DNA of 64,000 nt from Minisyncoccota bacterium (GCA_035353995.1 DAOQAL010000001.1:70867-134866); one strand, 5' to 3'; positions 26,197 through 36,230 are shown, numbered from the stretch's first letter. The notes: generated by a model not told the origin, from the sequence alone. Numbers and translations are program-made.

Positions 26197-27294
26197 ATGA
26201 AAATAGAATGCAACAGTGAAAAAATAAAACAAGCAATTTCTCAAACTGAAAAAATAACAGGTAAGAATCTAACATTGCCTGTTTTGGCTTCAATACTTTT
26301 AATTGCTTCAGGAAAATCTCTTAAACTTCGATCTACAAATTTAAGTCTTGGTGTTGAAGTTGAAATACCATCAAAAGTTGAAAAAGAAGGTATTATGGCT
26401 GTTTCAGGATCTGTTTTATCTAGTATATTTTCTAATATTTCACAAAATGAACAAATAATTCTTGAAGAAGAGAATGGAAATTTATTAATTAAGACAAAAA
26501 AGAGTTTAATTAAATTAAAAGGACAACCTTGCGACGATTTCCCTACAATTCCAGTTGTTTCAGGTAAAACGTTCACAATAGAGTCAAAAAAATTTATTGA
26601 TGGTATAAAATCTGTTTATTACAGTTCTTCTGTTTCTGATATAAAACCAGAAATCTCAAGCGTATTTATATATTCAGATGATGATAATTTAGTTTTTGTT
26701 TCAACCGATTCATTCAGATTGGCTGAGAAAAAAATAAGGATAAAGGGCTTAGAGGAAATACCTGGAATTTTAATACCATTTAAAAACATTTCAGAAATTT
26801 TAAGAATTTTTGGTGATGTAAATGATGAAATAAAGATTTGTTTTAATAAAAATCAAATATCTTTTTCTTCATTAAATATATATCTTACATCAAGAGTTAT
26901 AAATGGCGTCTTTCCTGATTATCGTCAAATTATCCCTAAAGAATATAAAACAGAAGCAATTGTTCTCAAACAAGATTTATTAAATGCTCTTAAAATATCA
27001 AATATTTTTTCAGATAAATTTAATCAAGTTAATCTAAAAATAAAACCAAAAGAAAAAACATTTGAGTTGTCTTCATCTAATAATGATGTTGGAGAAAATA
27101 AAACACATTTAGACGGAGCTTTAACTGGGGAAAATGTAGAACTTGGTTTTAATTATAAATATTTTCTTGATTCTCTCCAATCAATAAATTCAGACAGTAT
27201 TTCTATTAAATTAAATCAAACAATTAAACCATTAGTTGTTTCTGGTGTTTCTGATAATTCATTTATTTATTTAATAATGCCAATGAATAGATAA
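26197..27294 (+). CDS. dnaN: DNA polymerase III beta clamp
   Basis: STNLSLG, STDSFRLAE, FPDYRQIIP, YLIMPM. Confidence 0.97.
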   Translation: MKIECNSEKIKQAISQTEKITGKNLTLPVLASILLIASGKSLKLRSTNLSLGVEVEIPSKVEKEGIMAVSGSVLSSIFSNISQNEQIILEEENGNLLIKTKKSLIKLKGQPCDDFPTIPVVSGKTFTIESKKFIDGIKSVYYSSSVSDIKPEISSVFIYSDDDNLVFVSTDSFRLAEKKIRIKGLEEIPGILIPFKNISEILRIFGDVNDEIKICFNKNQISFSSLNIYLTSRVINGVFPDYRQIIPKEYKTEAIVLKQDLLNALKISNIFSDKFNQVNLKIKPKEKTFELSSSNNDVGENKTHLDGALTGENVELGFNYKYFLDSLQSINSDSISIKLNQTIKPLVVSGVSDNSFIYLIMPMNR

Positions 27295-27298
27295 TATT

Positions 27299-27556
27299 GT
27301 GATAGAAATAAAAGATCTTTTATTAAGATTTAATGGCTTTCTACTCTCTGAAGAAATAAAGAAAGAATATATTCAGAGTGTTATTTCTGATATTGTAAAT
27401 ATACAAATCAAAAAAGAGGATATTAAAATTAAAAATGGAACTCTTTTTCTAAATATTAAACCAATATACAAAAGTGAAATTTTTATGAAGAGAGATCAAA
27501 TATTTTTTGAACTAGAAAAAAAGCTAGGTAAAAAAGCACCAAAAAATATAAGATAA
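27299..27556 (+). CDS. Small hypothetical protein (possibly DciA/DUF721-like)
   Basis: 85 aa directly after dnaN; IKNGTLFL...KSEIFMKRDQI; family assignment tentative. Confidence 0.6.
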   Translation: MIEIKDLLLRFNGFLLSEEIKKEYIQSVISDIVNIQIKKEDIKIKNGTLFLNIKPIYKSEIFMKRDQIFFELEKKLGKKAPKNIR

Positions 27557-30082
27557 TTATTTTACTCTAAAGTTAGAAATTATTTCTGTATTATTGTAAG
27601 CAGTATCATATGCTATGATTCTTATTTCATTTAAATCTTTTAGATTATTTAGTTCAGAAGGAATAAAAGAAAAAATGAAAGGATATTTTGATGTTCCTAT
27701 ATAGGTGTCATTTATAAATATATCAATTTTTTGAAGTGGTAGACTGCTAAAGTTTTGAACTTGTACTTGAATTTTTTCATTTTCTGCATATATTGTTGAA
27801 GTATTTGGTTCTACTATTGATATTCTTGGTTTTGAATTCTCAGTATGTATATCATCTGTGCCTATTGGTTTACTTGCTAATGTTGTAATTGCATATTTAT
27901 AACTATTTTGAGCCCACCAGTTTTGAATTGGTATTTCCCAATGATTAAATTGTGGATCATCACTTGGATTTGATGGTGAAGGTCCTAATATATCTTTTTT
28001 ATTTACCCAATATAATATAGTGTGAACATTTGTTATTACTTTTTCTTGTTTTGTTTCTTTTGGTGTGAATGCAGTAGCGAGTTTCCCAGAAATTTTATCT
28101 ATGAAGAAATTATCATTTCCTTGCCAAAATCCTCTCAATGCTGGTTTCACTGTTTCTGGATTAGCATAAAGATTTGGTTCTTCGAATTTTTCATTAGGCA
28201 TAGTTTTTAATGCTTCATTCATAAATTTATTCCAAATAGGTCCAGCAACAGCCGAGCCTCCTTTTTTCATTGGTTTATTGTCATTATTTCCTGCCCATAC
28301 ACCAACAACGATAGATGGTGTGTATCCCATGGTCCAAGCATCTTTATTATTATTTGTTGTTCCAGTTTTTGCTGCAACATCTCTTCCTGCTATTACTAAT
28401 GGAGAATTTGCACCAAATGTTGGTGTTCGTGCAACATTATCAGACAAAACATCTGAAATAGTTAGAGCAACATTCTTAGTTAATACTTCTCTTGTATTTT
28501 GTTTATATTCTTCTAGAACTTTTCCTTTTTCTGTTTCTACTTTTAGAATTCCTGTATATGGATTTCTTTGTCCATTATTTGCAAAAACTCCATAAGCTGA
28601 TGTCATATCAAGTAATGAAACTTCTCCACCTCCTATTACAAGAGTAAGTCCATATCTACTAATATCTGAAAGTGTACTTATTCCCATATCCTCTGCTGTT
28701 TTTAAGGAGTCTGAAAGTCCAGCTAGATAAAATAATTTTACTGCTATAACGTTTATTGATTGTCCTAATGCATCTCGTAAAGTCATTGGGCCACGAAATT
28801 TTCCATCATAATTGTCTGGCATATAACAACTTGATTGGCTATGGCCAGCTAAAGCCTTACCATAAGCGCTACAGGTTGTTTGGAACTCTGTTGGTAAGTC
28901 AAACAGTACTGTGTCTGGTGTAAAACCTTTACTGAAGGCTGTAGCGTAAATAAAAGGCTTAAAAGATGAACCCGGTTGTCTTTTTGCTGTTGCAACATTA
29001 AAATTCCCGTCTATGTTTTTATCGAAATAATCTCTTGAACCTACCATTGTGAGAATTTGTCCAGTTTTAGGATCTATTGCTACAAGACTAGCATTTGAAC
29101 CATTCCATTTTGTTTCATTTTCCAATGCTCCAGCCTTAACAAATTCTTCTGCTTTTGCTTCTAAGTTATAATCCAATGTAGTCGTTACTTTTAGTCCACC
29201 ATTTTCTACAAGATCTACTCCGTATTTTTCTTCTAAATAATTTTTTATAAAGAAAACAAAATGTGGAGCTTTTATATTTGCAGTCGCTTGAGGTAGGAAT
29301 GTTACGATTTCAGTTTTTGCTTTATTGTAGTCTTCCTGAGAGATAAATTTATTTTCTAGCATTCTTAAAAGTACATAATTTTTTCTATTTTCTAATTTAT
29401 CTTTGTTTTTTCCATAAGGAGAAAGAGAAGTAGGAGATTGTGGAATAGCAGCTAAGTAAGCTGATTCAGCTAATGTTAAATCTTGTGCTTTTTTTCCAAA
29501 ATATGTTTTAGATGCTTCCTCTATACCATAAATTGTTCCACCGTATGGTGCTTCGTTTAAATAAGCTTCCAGAATTTTTTCTTTTGTCATAGAATTGTCT
29601 ATCTTTATTGCAAGTATCCACTCTTTAAATTTTCTTCCTATTGTTTTTTTTGAAGTAAGTAATGTATTTTTTACAAGTTGTTGAGTTATTGTTGATCCTC
29701 CTTGAGTTTTTCCAAGATTTAATGCATTTGATATTACCGCTCTTATTATAGAAGTAACTCTTATACCGCTATGATTATAAAATTCAGCATCTTCTATCGC
29801 TACAGTTGCATTTTTTATATTTGAACCCATTGCATCAAAATCAATATTTGTTCTTTTAACATCTTGATGTATGTCGTATAAAAGTATTTCTCCTGTTCTA
29901 TCATAAATTTTTGTTGAACTAACAACTTTTCTATCTTCAAAAGAATGAAAATCAGGAATTCTGATAGAGGAAATCCAAATTATTAAAATTCCAACTATTA
30001 ATATGCCAGCTCCAATCAAAAACAAGCTTCTGTTATGTTTTGATGTCTTATTTTTTAGTCTTTTAATCATAATGTTAATCAT
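27557..30082 (-). CDS. Class A penicillin-binding protein (PBP1A family)
   Basis: AIEDAEFYNHSG, QGGSTITQQLVKN, RQPGSSFKP, SINV, KTGT; C-terminal Ig-like domain. Confidence 0.95.
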   Translation of the reverse strand: MINIMIKRLKNKTSKHNRSLFLIGAGILIVGILIIWISSIRIPDFHSFEDRKVVSSTKIYDRTGEILLYDIHQDVKRTNIDFDAMGSNIKNATVAIEDAEFYNHSGIRVTSIIRAVISNALNLGKTQGGSTITQQLVKNTLLTSKKTIGRKFKEWILAIKIDNSMTKEKILEAYLNEAPYGGTIYGIEEASKTYFGKKAQDLTLAESAYLAAIPQSPTSLSPYGKNKDKLENRKNYVLLRMLENKFISQEDYNKAKTEIVTFLPQATANIKAPHFVFFIKNYLEEKYGVDLVENGGLKVTTTLDYNLEAKAEEFVKAGALENETKWNGSNASLVAIDPKTGQILTMVGSRDYFDKNIDGNFNVATAKRQPGSSFKPFIYATAFSKGFTPDTVLFDLPTEFQTTCSAYGKALAGHSQSSCYMPDNYDGKFRGPMTLRDALGQSINVIAVKLFYLAGLSDSLKTAEDMGISTLSDISRYGLTLVIGGGEVSLLDMTSAYGVFANNGQRNPYTGILKVETEKGKVLEEYKQNTREVLTKNVALTISDVLSDNVARTPTFGANSPLVIAGRDVAAKTGTTNNNKDAWTMGYTPSIVVGVWAGNNDNKPMKKGGSAVAGPIWNKFMNEALKTMPNEKFEEPNLYANPETVKPALRGFWQGNDNFFIDKISGKLATAFTPKETKQEKVITNVHTILYWVNKKDILGPSPSNPSDDPQFNHWEIPIQNWWAQNSYKYAITTLASKPIGTDDIHTENSKPRISIVEPNTSTIYAENEKIQVQVQNFSSLPLQKIDIFINDTYIGTSKYPFIFSFIPSELNNLKDLNEIRIIAYDTAYNNTEIISNFRVK

Positions 30083-30109
30083 ACCAGAAAATGTGTTATA
30101 ATCCAGGAG

Positions 30110-31303
30110 ATGTCACATATAATAATTGACGAAAAGAGAATAAATAATCTATTAGAAAGAGGAGTTGAGGATATTTTTGTTAAGGAAAATCTAAAGAAAA
30201 AGCTTATGTCTGGTAAACAACTTAGAATAAAGCTTGGTTTTGACCCAACTGGTTCAAAAATTCATATTGGACGTGCTATTGTTTTGCGTAAATTAAGAGA
30301 ATTTCAAGATTTAGGACATAAGATCTTCTTTATAGTTGGTGATTTTACAGCTCAAGTTGGTGATCCTTCAGATAAGTTGGAAAAACGCCCAATGCTTAAG
30401 AAAGAACAAATAAAAGAAAACTTAAAGACATATAAAAAACAAGTAGGTAAAATTATTGACCTTAAAAAAGTTAAATTTTGTTACAACAGTAAATGGCTTA
30501 AGAAATTAGACTTTCAAGAAATTTCTGAACTAGCTGAAAGTTTTTCTGTTCAACAAATGTCTGCTCGTAGAAATTTTAAAGATAGAATTGAAAAAGGGGA
30601 CGAAGTGTCATTACGTGAATTTTTATATCCATTAATGCAGGGTTATGATTCTGTTGCTATAAAAGCTGATGTAGAAATTGGTGGTTTTGATCAGCTTTTT
30701 AATTTAAAAGCAGGAAGAGTAATTCAAAAACATTATGGTCAGAACGAGCAAGATGTATTAACATGCCAAATGTTAGAAGGAACAGATGGACGTAAGATGT
30801 CTACATCTTGGGGCAATATAGTAACAATAGTTGATGAATCAAATGATATGTTTGGCAAGTTGATGGCTGTTCATGATTCATTAATAACAAAATATTTTAA
30901 ATTATGTACTGATACAGATTTATCTGAAATATTAAAAATGGATAATGATATAAAAGAAGGCAAAGTAAATCCGCGTGATTTAAAGATGAAACTTGCTTAT
31001 GAAATAGTAAAAATTTATCACGGAGAAAAAAAAGCAAAAGAAGCAGAAGAAAATTTTATTAAAACTTTTCAAAAAAAAGAGATACCAGATAATTTGGAAG
31101 AAATAAAAGCTGATCATGGTTTGGGGAATACATTAGTTATAAATAAAATTGTTAGTTCTATGAGTGAATACCGTCGTTTAATTGAAGAAGGAGCAATAAA
31201 AAAACTTTCTGACAACAAAGAAGCAAAAATTACTGATACTAAGGCTGAAGCAGATAAAGGAATTTATAAAGTTGGCAAAAGGAGGTTTGTAAAAATTATT
31301 TAA
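30110..31303 (+). CDS. tyrS: Tyrosine--tRNA ligase
   Basis: GFDPT, HIGR, YPLMQGYDS, GGFDQLFN, KMSTS, C-terminal S4-like VGKRRF. Confidence 0.96.
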   Translation: MSHIIIDEKRINNLLERGVEDIFVKENLKKKLMSGKQLRIKLGFDPTGSKIHIGRAIVLRKLREFQDLGHKIFFIVGDFTAQVGDPSDKLEKRPMLKKEQIKENLKTYKKQVGKIIDLKKVKFCYNSKWLKKLDFQEISELAESFSVQQMSARRNFKDRIEKGDEVSLREFLYPLMQGYDSVAIKADVEIGGFDQLFNLKAGRVIQKHYGQNEQDVLTCQMLEGTDGRKMSTSWGNIVTIVDESNDMFGKLMAVHDSLITKYFKLCTDTDLSEILKMDNDIKEGKVNPRDLKMKLAYEIVKIYHGEKKAKEAEENFIKTFQKKEIPDNLEEIKADHGLGNTLVINKIVSSMSEYRRLIEEGAIKKLSDNKEAKITDTKAEADKGIYKVGKRRFVKII

Positions 31304-31313
31304 AAATAAAAGT

Positions 31314-31350
31314 AAATAAAAAGTCCCGCATTTCGCGGGACTTTTTATTT
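31314..31350. terminator. Bidirectional intrinsic terminator
   Basis: 16-bp perfect inverted repeat AAATAAAAAGTCCCGC-ATTTC-GCGGGACTTTTTATTT. Confidence 0.88.
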
Positions 31351-31513
31351 AGATGTTTTCTGGTTCTTCCAACTCTTCTTCATCGTCACTGAATTTAAAA
31401 CCATCGTTGTCGTCAAATGATTCATCTTCTTCTATAGGTTCATCTAGTGCATCATCAGCACTTGGATTGAATCCTGAATCATTTAACGAGTCTTCTTGTT
31501 CTTCGTAATCCAT
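31349..31513 (-). CDS. 54-aa highly acidic small protein (missing from the ORF track)
   Basis: ATG 31513 to TAA 31349: MDYEEQEDSLNDSGFNPSADDALDEPIEEDESFDDNDGFKFSDDEEELEEPENI; ends at a terminator. Confidence 0.75.
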   Translation of the reverse strand: MDYEEQEDSLNDSGFNPSADDALDEPIEEDESFDDNDGFKFSDDEEELEEPENI

Positions 31514-31603
31514 TAGAATTATTTAAATTTTATTAAAACGACCAATTAATAATTTATTATTTTCTATTTTGTACCAAAATATAAACTACTTAGCAATAAA
31601 ATA

Positions 31604-31612
31604 TGTGGATAA
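31604..31612 (-). promoter_or_regulatory. DnaA box between ruvC and the acidic ORF
   Basis: TGTGGATAA, exact reverse complement of TTATCCACA. Confidence 0.45.
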
Positions 31613-31615
31613 CTT

Positions 31616-32089
31616 TTATTTAATGTGGGCAAGTGCAGTTAATGCAATAGCAATTGCGTCCAATTCATCGTCTGAAGTTTTAGAATTGTCTATTTTAACA
31701 AGTATTTTTACCATTTTAATTATTTGTTCTTTGTCAGCTCTACCGTATCCTGTTGTTGCCATTTTTATTTGTGGAGGAGAAGCTTCAAAAATTTTTAAAC
31801 CTGCATTTTTGCATTCATATATTACGACGCCTCGTGCTTCTGCAACTTTCATAACCGTTTTTTGATTTGTGTTTAGAAAAAGTGTTTCAATAGATAAAAT
31901 TTCAGGCTTGTATTTTTTTATAACACTTTTTATTTCTTCTCCAATTAGTTTTAATCTTTCAGAAAAATCTAAACTGGACTTTGTCTTAAAACATTCGGAG
32001 TATAATACTTCTTCTTTATTTGTTTTATTTTTCTCAAGGACTGCCACTCCCAATCTTTCATACCCTGGATCAATTCCTAAAATTCTCAT
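31616..32089 (-). CDS. ruvC: Holliday junction resolvase
   Basis: MRILGIDPG, IETLF, EARGV, TGYGRADKEQ, DDELDAIAIA. Confidence 0.95.
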   Translation of the reverse strand: MRILGIDPGYERLGVAVLEKNKTNKEEVLYSECFKTKSSLDFSERLKLIGEEIKSVIKKYKPEILSIETLFLNTNQKTVMKVAEARGVVIYECKNAGLKIFEASPPQIKMATTGYGRADKEQIIKMVKILVKIDNSKTSDDELDAIAIALTALAHIK

Positions 32090-32104
32090 ATTTAAATTTT
32101 ATCA

Positions 32105-32641
32105 CTATTCAGCGTTAGTATAAACATCTTGAACGTCGTCTAGTTCTTCAAGTTCATCAATAACTTTTTCTAATAATTCTAAATCAGTATCAGAAAGAGG
32201 AATTGTTGTATTTGGTTTCCAAATTAAACCCTCAGGTGTTTTTTCTTTTACAAAAGACCAAACAACGGAACCAATTCCAGCCAAAGCAAAACCATTTTTT
32301 GAAAGTATATGTTTTATTTCTTGTGCAGTTCTATTTTTACTATCAGTGAGAGTTTCTATAATTATTCCAGCTCCTCCTGGCCCATAAGTTTCATAAGTAA
32401 TAGATTCCATACTTGCACCAGGTTCTGATGCTTTTTTTATTGCTCTTTCTATATTTTCTGATGGCATATTAACTTTTTTTGCTTTTTCTATTGCTGCACG
32501 TAAGCCTGGAGATTCTTTTCCTCCTGATAATTTTGCTTCAACTGCAATATAACGCACAAGCTTAGAAAAGATTTTGCTCTTTTTAGAATCTGTAATCGCT
32601 TTTTTATGTTTAATTTGTGCCCATTTATTATGTCCTGACAT
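32105..32641 (-). CDS. yebC: YebC/PmpR family protein (short form)
   Basis: Start reassigned to MSGHNKWAQIKHKK; YETYGPGG, LEELDDVQDVYTN. Confidence 0.93.
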   Translation of the reverse strand: MSGHNKWAQIKHKKAITDSKKSKIFSKLVRYIAVEAKLSGGKESPGLRAAIEKAKKVNMPSENIERAIKKASEPGASMESITYETYGPGGAGIIIETLTDSKNRTAQEIKHILSKNGFALAGIGSVVWSFVKEKTPEGLIWKPNTTIPLSDTDLELLEKVIDELEELDDVQDVYTNAE

Positions 32642-32645
32642 ATTT

Positions 32646-33662
32646 TTATAAAAGTTTTTTTTGTAATCCTTCTGGTACTTCAATATCTAAATGCTCATAT
32701 GCTTTTTGTGTGGCAACTCTACCTCTCGCTGTTCTTTCTAAAAGTCCAAGTTGAATTAAATATGGTTCTACTACTTCTTCTAAAGTAGCTTCTTCTTCTG
32801 ACATTGCAGCTGCCATTGTTTTTAGTCCAACTGGTCCTCCATTAAATTTTTTAATTAAAATTTCTAAAAATTTTCTATCAGATTTATTTAACCCTATTTC
32901 ATCAATGGAAAGCATTTCAAGAGCTTCGCTTACTGTATCTTTATCAAGCCCTCTTTTATTTACTTGTGCATAATCTCTGCATCTTTTTAAAAAATAATTT
33001 GCTGTTCTAGGTGTAAAGCGACTTCTTTTTGCTATTTCCTTTAATCCATTTTCTTCTAACTCTGTTTCAAGAAGTTTACTAGATCTTTTTATTATTTGAG
33101 CAATTTCTTCATTTGAATAAAATTCTAAACGAAATACTCCTCCAGAGAAACGTGATCGTAAAGGTGATGATACAAGTGCTACTCTTGTCGTGGCTGCAAT
33201 CAATGTGAATGGTGGCAAATCTAATTGAATTGTTCTTGCTGATGGACCTTTGCCGATTATAATATCAAGCACGCCAGATTCCATAGCTGGATAAAGAATT
33301 TCTTCTACCATTTTATTTAGTCTATGTATCTCATCTATGAAAAGGATATCCCCAGGTGATAGGTTTGTTAAAATAGAGGCTAAATCACCAACTTTTTCAA
33401 TTGCTGGACCTGATGTGATCTTCATTTGTTTTCCTGTTTCGTGTGCTATAAGGTGTGCCAGTGTGGTTTTTCCAAGTCCTGGCGGTCCATAAAATAAAAT
33501 ATGTTCTGGTATATGCCCGCGTTCTTCTGCTGCACGTAATAGTATTTTTACGTTGTCTTTTATATGTTTTTGGCCGATATATTCATCCCAATGGGTTGGA
33601 CGAAGGGTTTGATCTAGGAAGGAATCATCACCATTTTCTGTTTTTTTTGTTTCGCTTTTCAT
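32646..33662 (-). CDS. ruvB: Holliday junction branch migration helicase
   Basis: LRPTHWDEYIGQ, GPPGLGKTTLA, FIDEIHRL, LYPAME; start reassigned to ATG 33662. Confidence 0.97.
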   Translation of the reverse strand: MKSETKKTENGDDSFLDQTLRPTHWDEYIGQKHIKDNVKILLRAAEERGHIPEHILFYGPPGLGKTTLAHLIAHETGKQMKITSGPAIEKVGDLASILTNLSPGDILFIDEIHRLNKMVEEILYPAMESGVLDIIIGKGPSARTIQLDLPPFTLIAATTRVALVSSPLRSRFSGGVFRLEFYSNEEIAQIIKRSSKLLETELEENGLKEIAKRSRFTPRTANYFLKRCRDYAQVNKRGLDKDTVSEALEMLSIDEIGLNKSDRKFLEILIKKFNGGPVGLKTMAAAMSEEEATLEEVVEPYLIQLGLLERTARGRVATQKAYEHLDIEVPEGLQKKLL

Positions 33663-33704
33663 TTTGTATTTTGTATTATATATCGATTGTTTCAAGCAGG
33701 GGAC

Positions 33705-33733
33705 TTGACATTTATATTGCTTTGTGATATACT
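33705..33733 (+). promoter_or_regulatory. Consensus sigma70 promoter facing a gene-free region
   Basis: TTGACA-N17-TATACT with extended TG; a second TATAAT at 33796-33801. Confidence 0.75.
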
Positions 33734-33807
33734 CTAGTAAAGTTAATTATCAACACGATATTCACATTATAACATTTGCTTGTTTTTGAATATAGTATAA
33801 TCAACAA

Positions 33808-33985
33808 TACATAGAAATTGGTGTTTCAAGAAGGCATTAATCTCTAAGCAATCAGCCACAGGTTATATAGGTTTGCGTAGGACGTTCTGGTACTTTTTAA
33901 GTTTTCTGGGGCCATCCTTCAAGAGCTTGTTACTTTTTGGGTTTAGCTCGAAAAGGATTGTTTGGAGATTAATGCTTTTTTATTT
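33808..33985 (+). ncRNA. Candidate rod-like ncRNA (6S RNA-like; family unassigned)
   Basis: 23-bp closing stem 33831-33853/33956-33978 with 3 G-U pairs on the + strand, nested internal stems, U-rich end, no ORF; 5' end estimated. Confidence 0.55.
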
Positions 33986-35682
33986 TATTCCTCAGTTAAA
34001 TCAACAACACTTTGAACTTCTTCAAATGAAGTAATACCGTTGATTATTTTTACCATGCCATCTTGTCGCATGGAAAGTATTCCTTGATTTTTTGCTATTC
34101 TTTTTATTTCACGCTCAGAAGGATTTTGTGGAATTATTTTTTCTATTGCTTCATCTGTTTTAATTGCTTCAAAAATACCTATTCTTCCTTTAAAACCTGT
34201 CATGTTACATTTTTCACAACCAACAGGCATATAAATTTTAAATGGTGCATTAGGATCTATATTGTATTTAGAAAGATCTTTTCCTTCCTCTTTTATACTG
34301 TCTATAACATTTTTCATAGTTGTAACTTCTTTTTCATCTGGTATTTTTTCTTTTTTACAAAATTGACAAAGTTTTCTAACAAGACGTTGTGCAATGGAAA
34401 GAGATAATGCAGATACCATTATTTTTGGATTAGCTTCCAAGTCTATTAGACGAGGGATAACACCAGCGGCATTATTTGTGTGCAATGTTGAAAAGACCAT
34501 ATGTCCTGTGAGGGCTGATTCTATGGCAATTTTTGCTGTTTCTGCATCTCGTATTTCTCCAACCATCACTACATCAGGATCTTGACGAAGTGCTGAGCGC
34601 AATCCTTCTAAGAATGTATAACCCTTTTCTTCATTTGTTTGTGTTTGTGTAATTCCAGGCAAATGGTATTCAATAGGGTCTTCAATTGTAATTATTTTTA
34701 TTTCAGTTGAATATATTTTTCTTAAAAATGCATAAAGGGTAGTGGTTTTACCAGATCCTGTAGGTCCTGTAATCAATATTAAACCATTTGGTTTTGTTAT
34801 TTCTTCTTGTATTATTGAAAAAAGAAATGGTTCGATTCCAATTTCCTCCAAATTTACTTGAATAGATTTTGGATCCAAAATACGCATTACTATAGATTCT
34901 CCATATGCTCCAGGAATCATAGATGAACGGATACTAATTTCTTCTGCTCCTTCGGCTATACTAAAACGTCCATCTTGTGCAACAACAGATGTTAATTTCA
35001 TTCCAGACAATAATTTTATTCTTGAATTAAGTAAATGATAAATATCGTGCTCGAAAAACATTACATCTTGAAGCACACCATCCAAACGCAAACGTAATCT
35101 ACTCATATCTTTTTCAGCTTCTATGTGAATATCAGAAGCCTTAATGGAAATAGCACCAGCTAATATTATTTCAAGTATATGTGATACTTTATGTGTTTGG
35201 CTTCCTTCCATTGCTTCTTTTATTAATTTTTCTATATCCTGCATTTTTTCAATGTTCTTTGCTGTATCTCTTAAAATTTCAGATGAAATTTCTATTCCTC
35301 CAACTTTTGAACTTTCTGCCATTGATATTTCTTTATATCTTTCCCAAATTTTATTAACACTATAATGAGATGCCATATAAAAAAGAGGAGTAAGATCTTT
35401 TCTTGCCATTTCCTCTTTTAATTTTGAAAGTAAGTCCTCAGATGGTGAAAGTATAGCTATGTAAATATTTTTTCCAGAAAGCTTGAATGGTCCAACTTTA
35501 AGATCGCGTGCATCTTTTTCTGATATTGCGCGTAATGACTCATTGTCTATTCCTAATCGTGACATATCAACGTAGGGTAGGCCATACTTTGACTCAGCAA
35601 GAACTTGAACTAATTGTTCTTCTTCTTGCTTGCGTAATTCTTCTAATTGTTTTTGTTGTTTTTCTTCATCAAAGTCTGTCAT
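33985..35682 (-). CDS. GspE/PulE/PilB family type IV pilus assembly ATPase
   Basis: ASDIHIE, QDGRF, TGPTGSGKTTTLY, TIEDPIEY, LRQDPDVVMVGEIRD, STLHTN, CxxC pairs. Confidence 0.95.
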   Translation of the reverse strand: MTDFDEEKQQKQLEELRKQEEEQLVQVLAESKYGLPYVDMSRLGIDNESLRAISEKDARDLKVGPFKLSGKNIYIAILSPSEDLLSKLKEEMARKDLTPLFYMASHYSVNKIWERYKEISMAESSKVGGIEISSEILRDTAKNIEKMQDIEKLIKEAMEGSQTHKVSHILEIILAGAISIKASDIHIEAEKDMSRLRLRLDGVLQDVMFFEHDIYHLLNSRIKLLSGMKLTSVVAQDGRFSIAEGAEEISIRSSMIPGAYGESIVMRILDPKSIQVNLEEIGIEPFLFSIIQEEITKPNGLILITGPTGSGKTTTLYAFLRKIYSTEIKIITIEDPIEYHLPGITQTQTNEEKGYTFLEGLRSALRQDPDVVMVGEIRDAETAKIAIESALTGHMVFSTLHTNNAAGVIPRLIDLEANPKIMVSALSLSIAQRLVRKLCQFCKKEKIPDEKEVTTMKNVIDSIKEEGKDLSKYNIDPNAPFKIYMPVGCEKCNMTGFKGRIGIFEAIKTDEAIEKIIPQNPSEREIKRIAKNQGILSMRQDGMVKIINGITSFEEVQSVVDLTEE

Positions 35683-35740
35683 ATAGTATAAAGTATAGCT
35701 TATTTTTAATTTAAACCAAAGAGTATGCTAATATTTAAAA

Positions 35741-36211
35741 ATGCAGAAGATTTCAAAAAATATTGAAGAAACAAGAGAAATAGCAGAAGATTTTTTTTCT
35801 AAATTAAAACCTATAAAAAATCAAGCAACTATTGTTTGTCTTTTTGGTGATCTTGGGGCTGGAAAGACTGCTTTTACTCAATCTGTGGCCAAAAATCTGG
35901 GAATTAAAAGAAAAGTAGCAAGTCCGACTTTTGTCATTATGAAAAATTATGAACTGCCAAACAATACTATTCGTAAAAACTTTTCTGAGTCGTCTTTTTT
36001 TGAACATTTTATCCATATAGATGCGTATCGTTTAAAAAATGAAAAAGAGTTATTGCAATTAGGCTTTGAAGGTGTCATTTCAAATCCTAAAAATTTAGTT
36101 TTTATAGAATGGCCGGAAAATATAAAAAAAGCATTACCTAAAAAACATTACAAAATTGAGATTTCTCATACTAAAGAAGGACATAGAAAATTCAAGATAA
36201 AAAACTTTTGA
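35741..36211 (+). CDS. tsaE: tRNA threonylcarbamoyladenosine biosynthesis ATPase
   Basis: GDLGAGKT, SPTF, HIDAYRL, IEWPE. Confidence 0.95.
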   Translation: MQKISKNIEETREIAEDFFSKLKPIKNQATIVCLFGDLGAGKTAFTQSVAKNLGIKRKVASPTFVIMKNYELPNNTIRKNFSESSFFEHFIHIDAYRLKNEKELLQLGFEGVISNPKNLVFIEWPENIKKALPKKHYKIEISHTKEGHRKFKIKNF

Positions 36212-36230
36212 AATGTTATAATTTAACACA

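Noticed and set aside
33831-33978. SRP RNA, or merely the terminator of the pilus ATPase gene
   Set aside because: No GGAA tetraloop or AGCAG motif on either strand; G-U pairs favour the + strand and the loop is over 100 nt, unlike a terminator
35955-36005. Extra residues NNTIRKNFSESSF in TsaE as another palindromic insertion
   Set aside because: It looks like an insertion, but I could not find a convincing inverted repeat in the DNA
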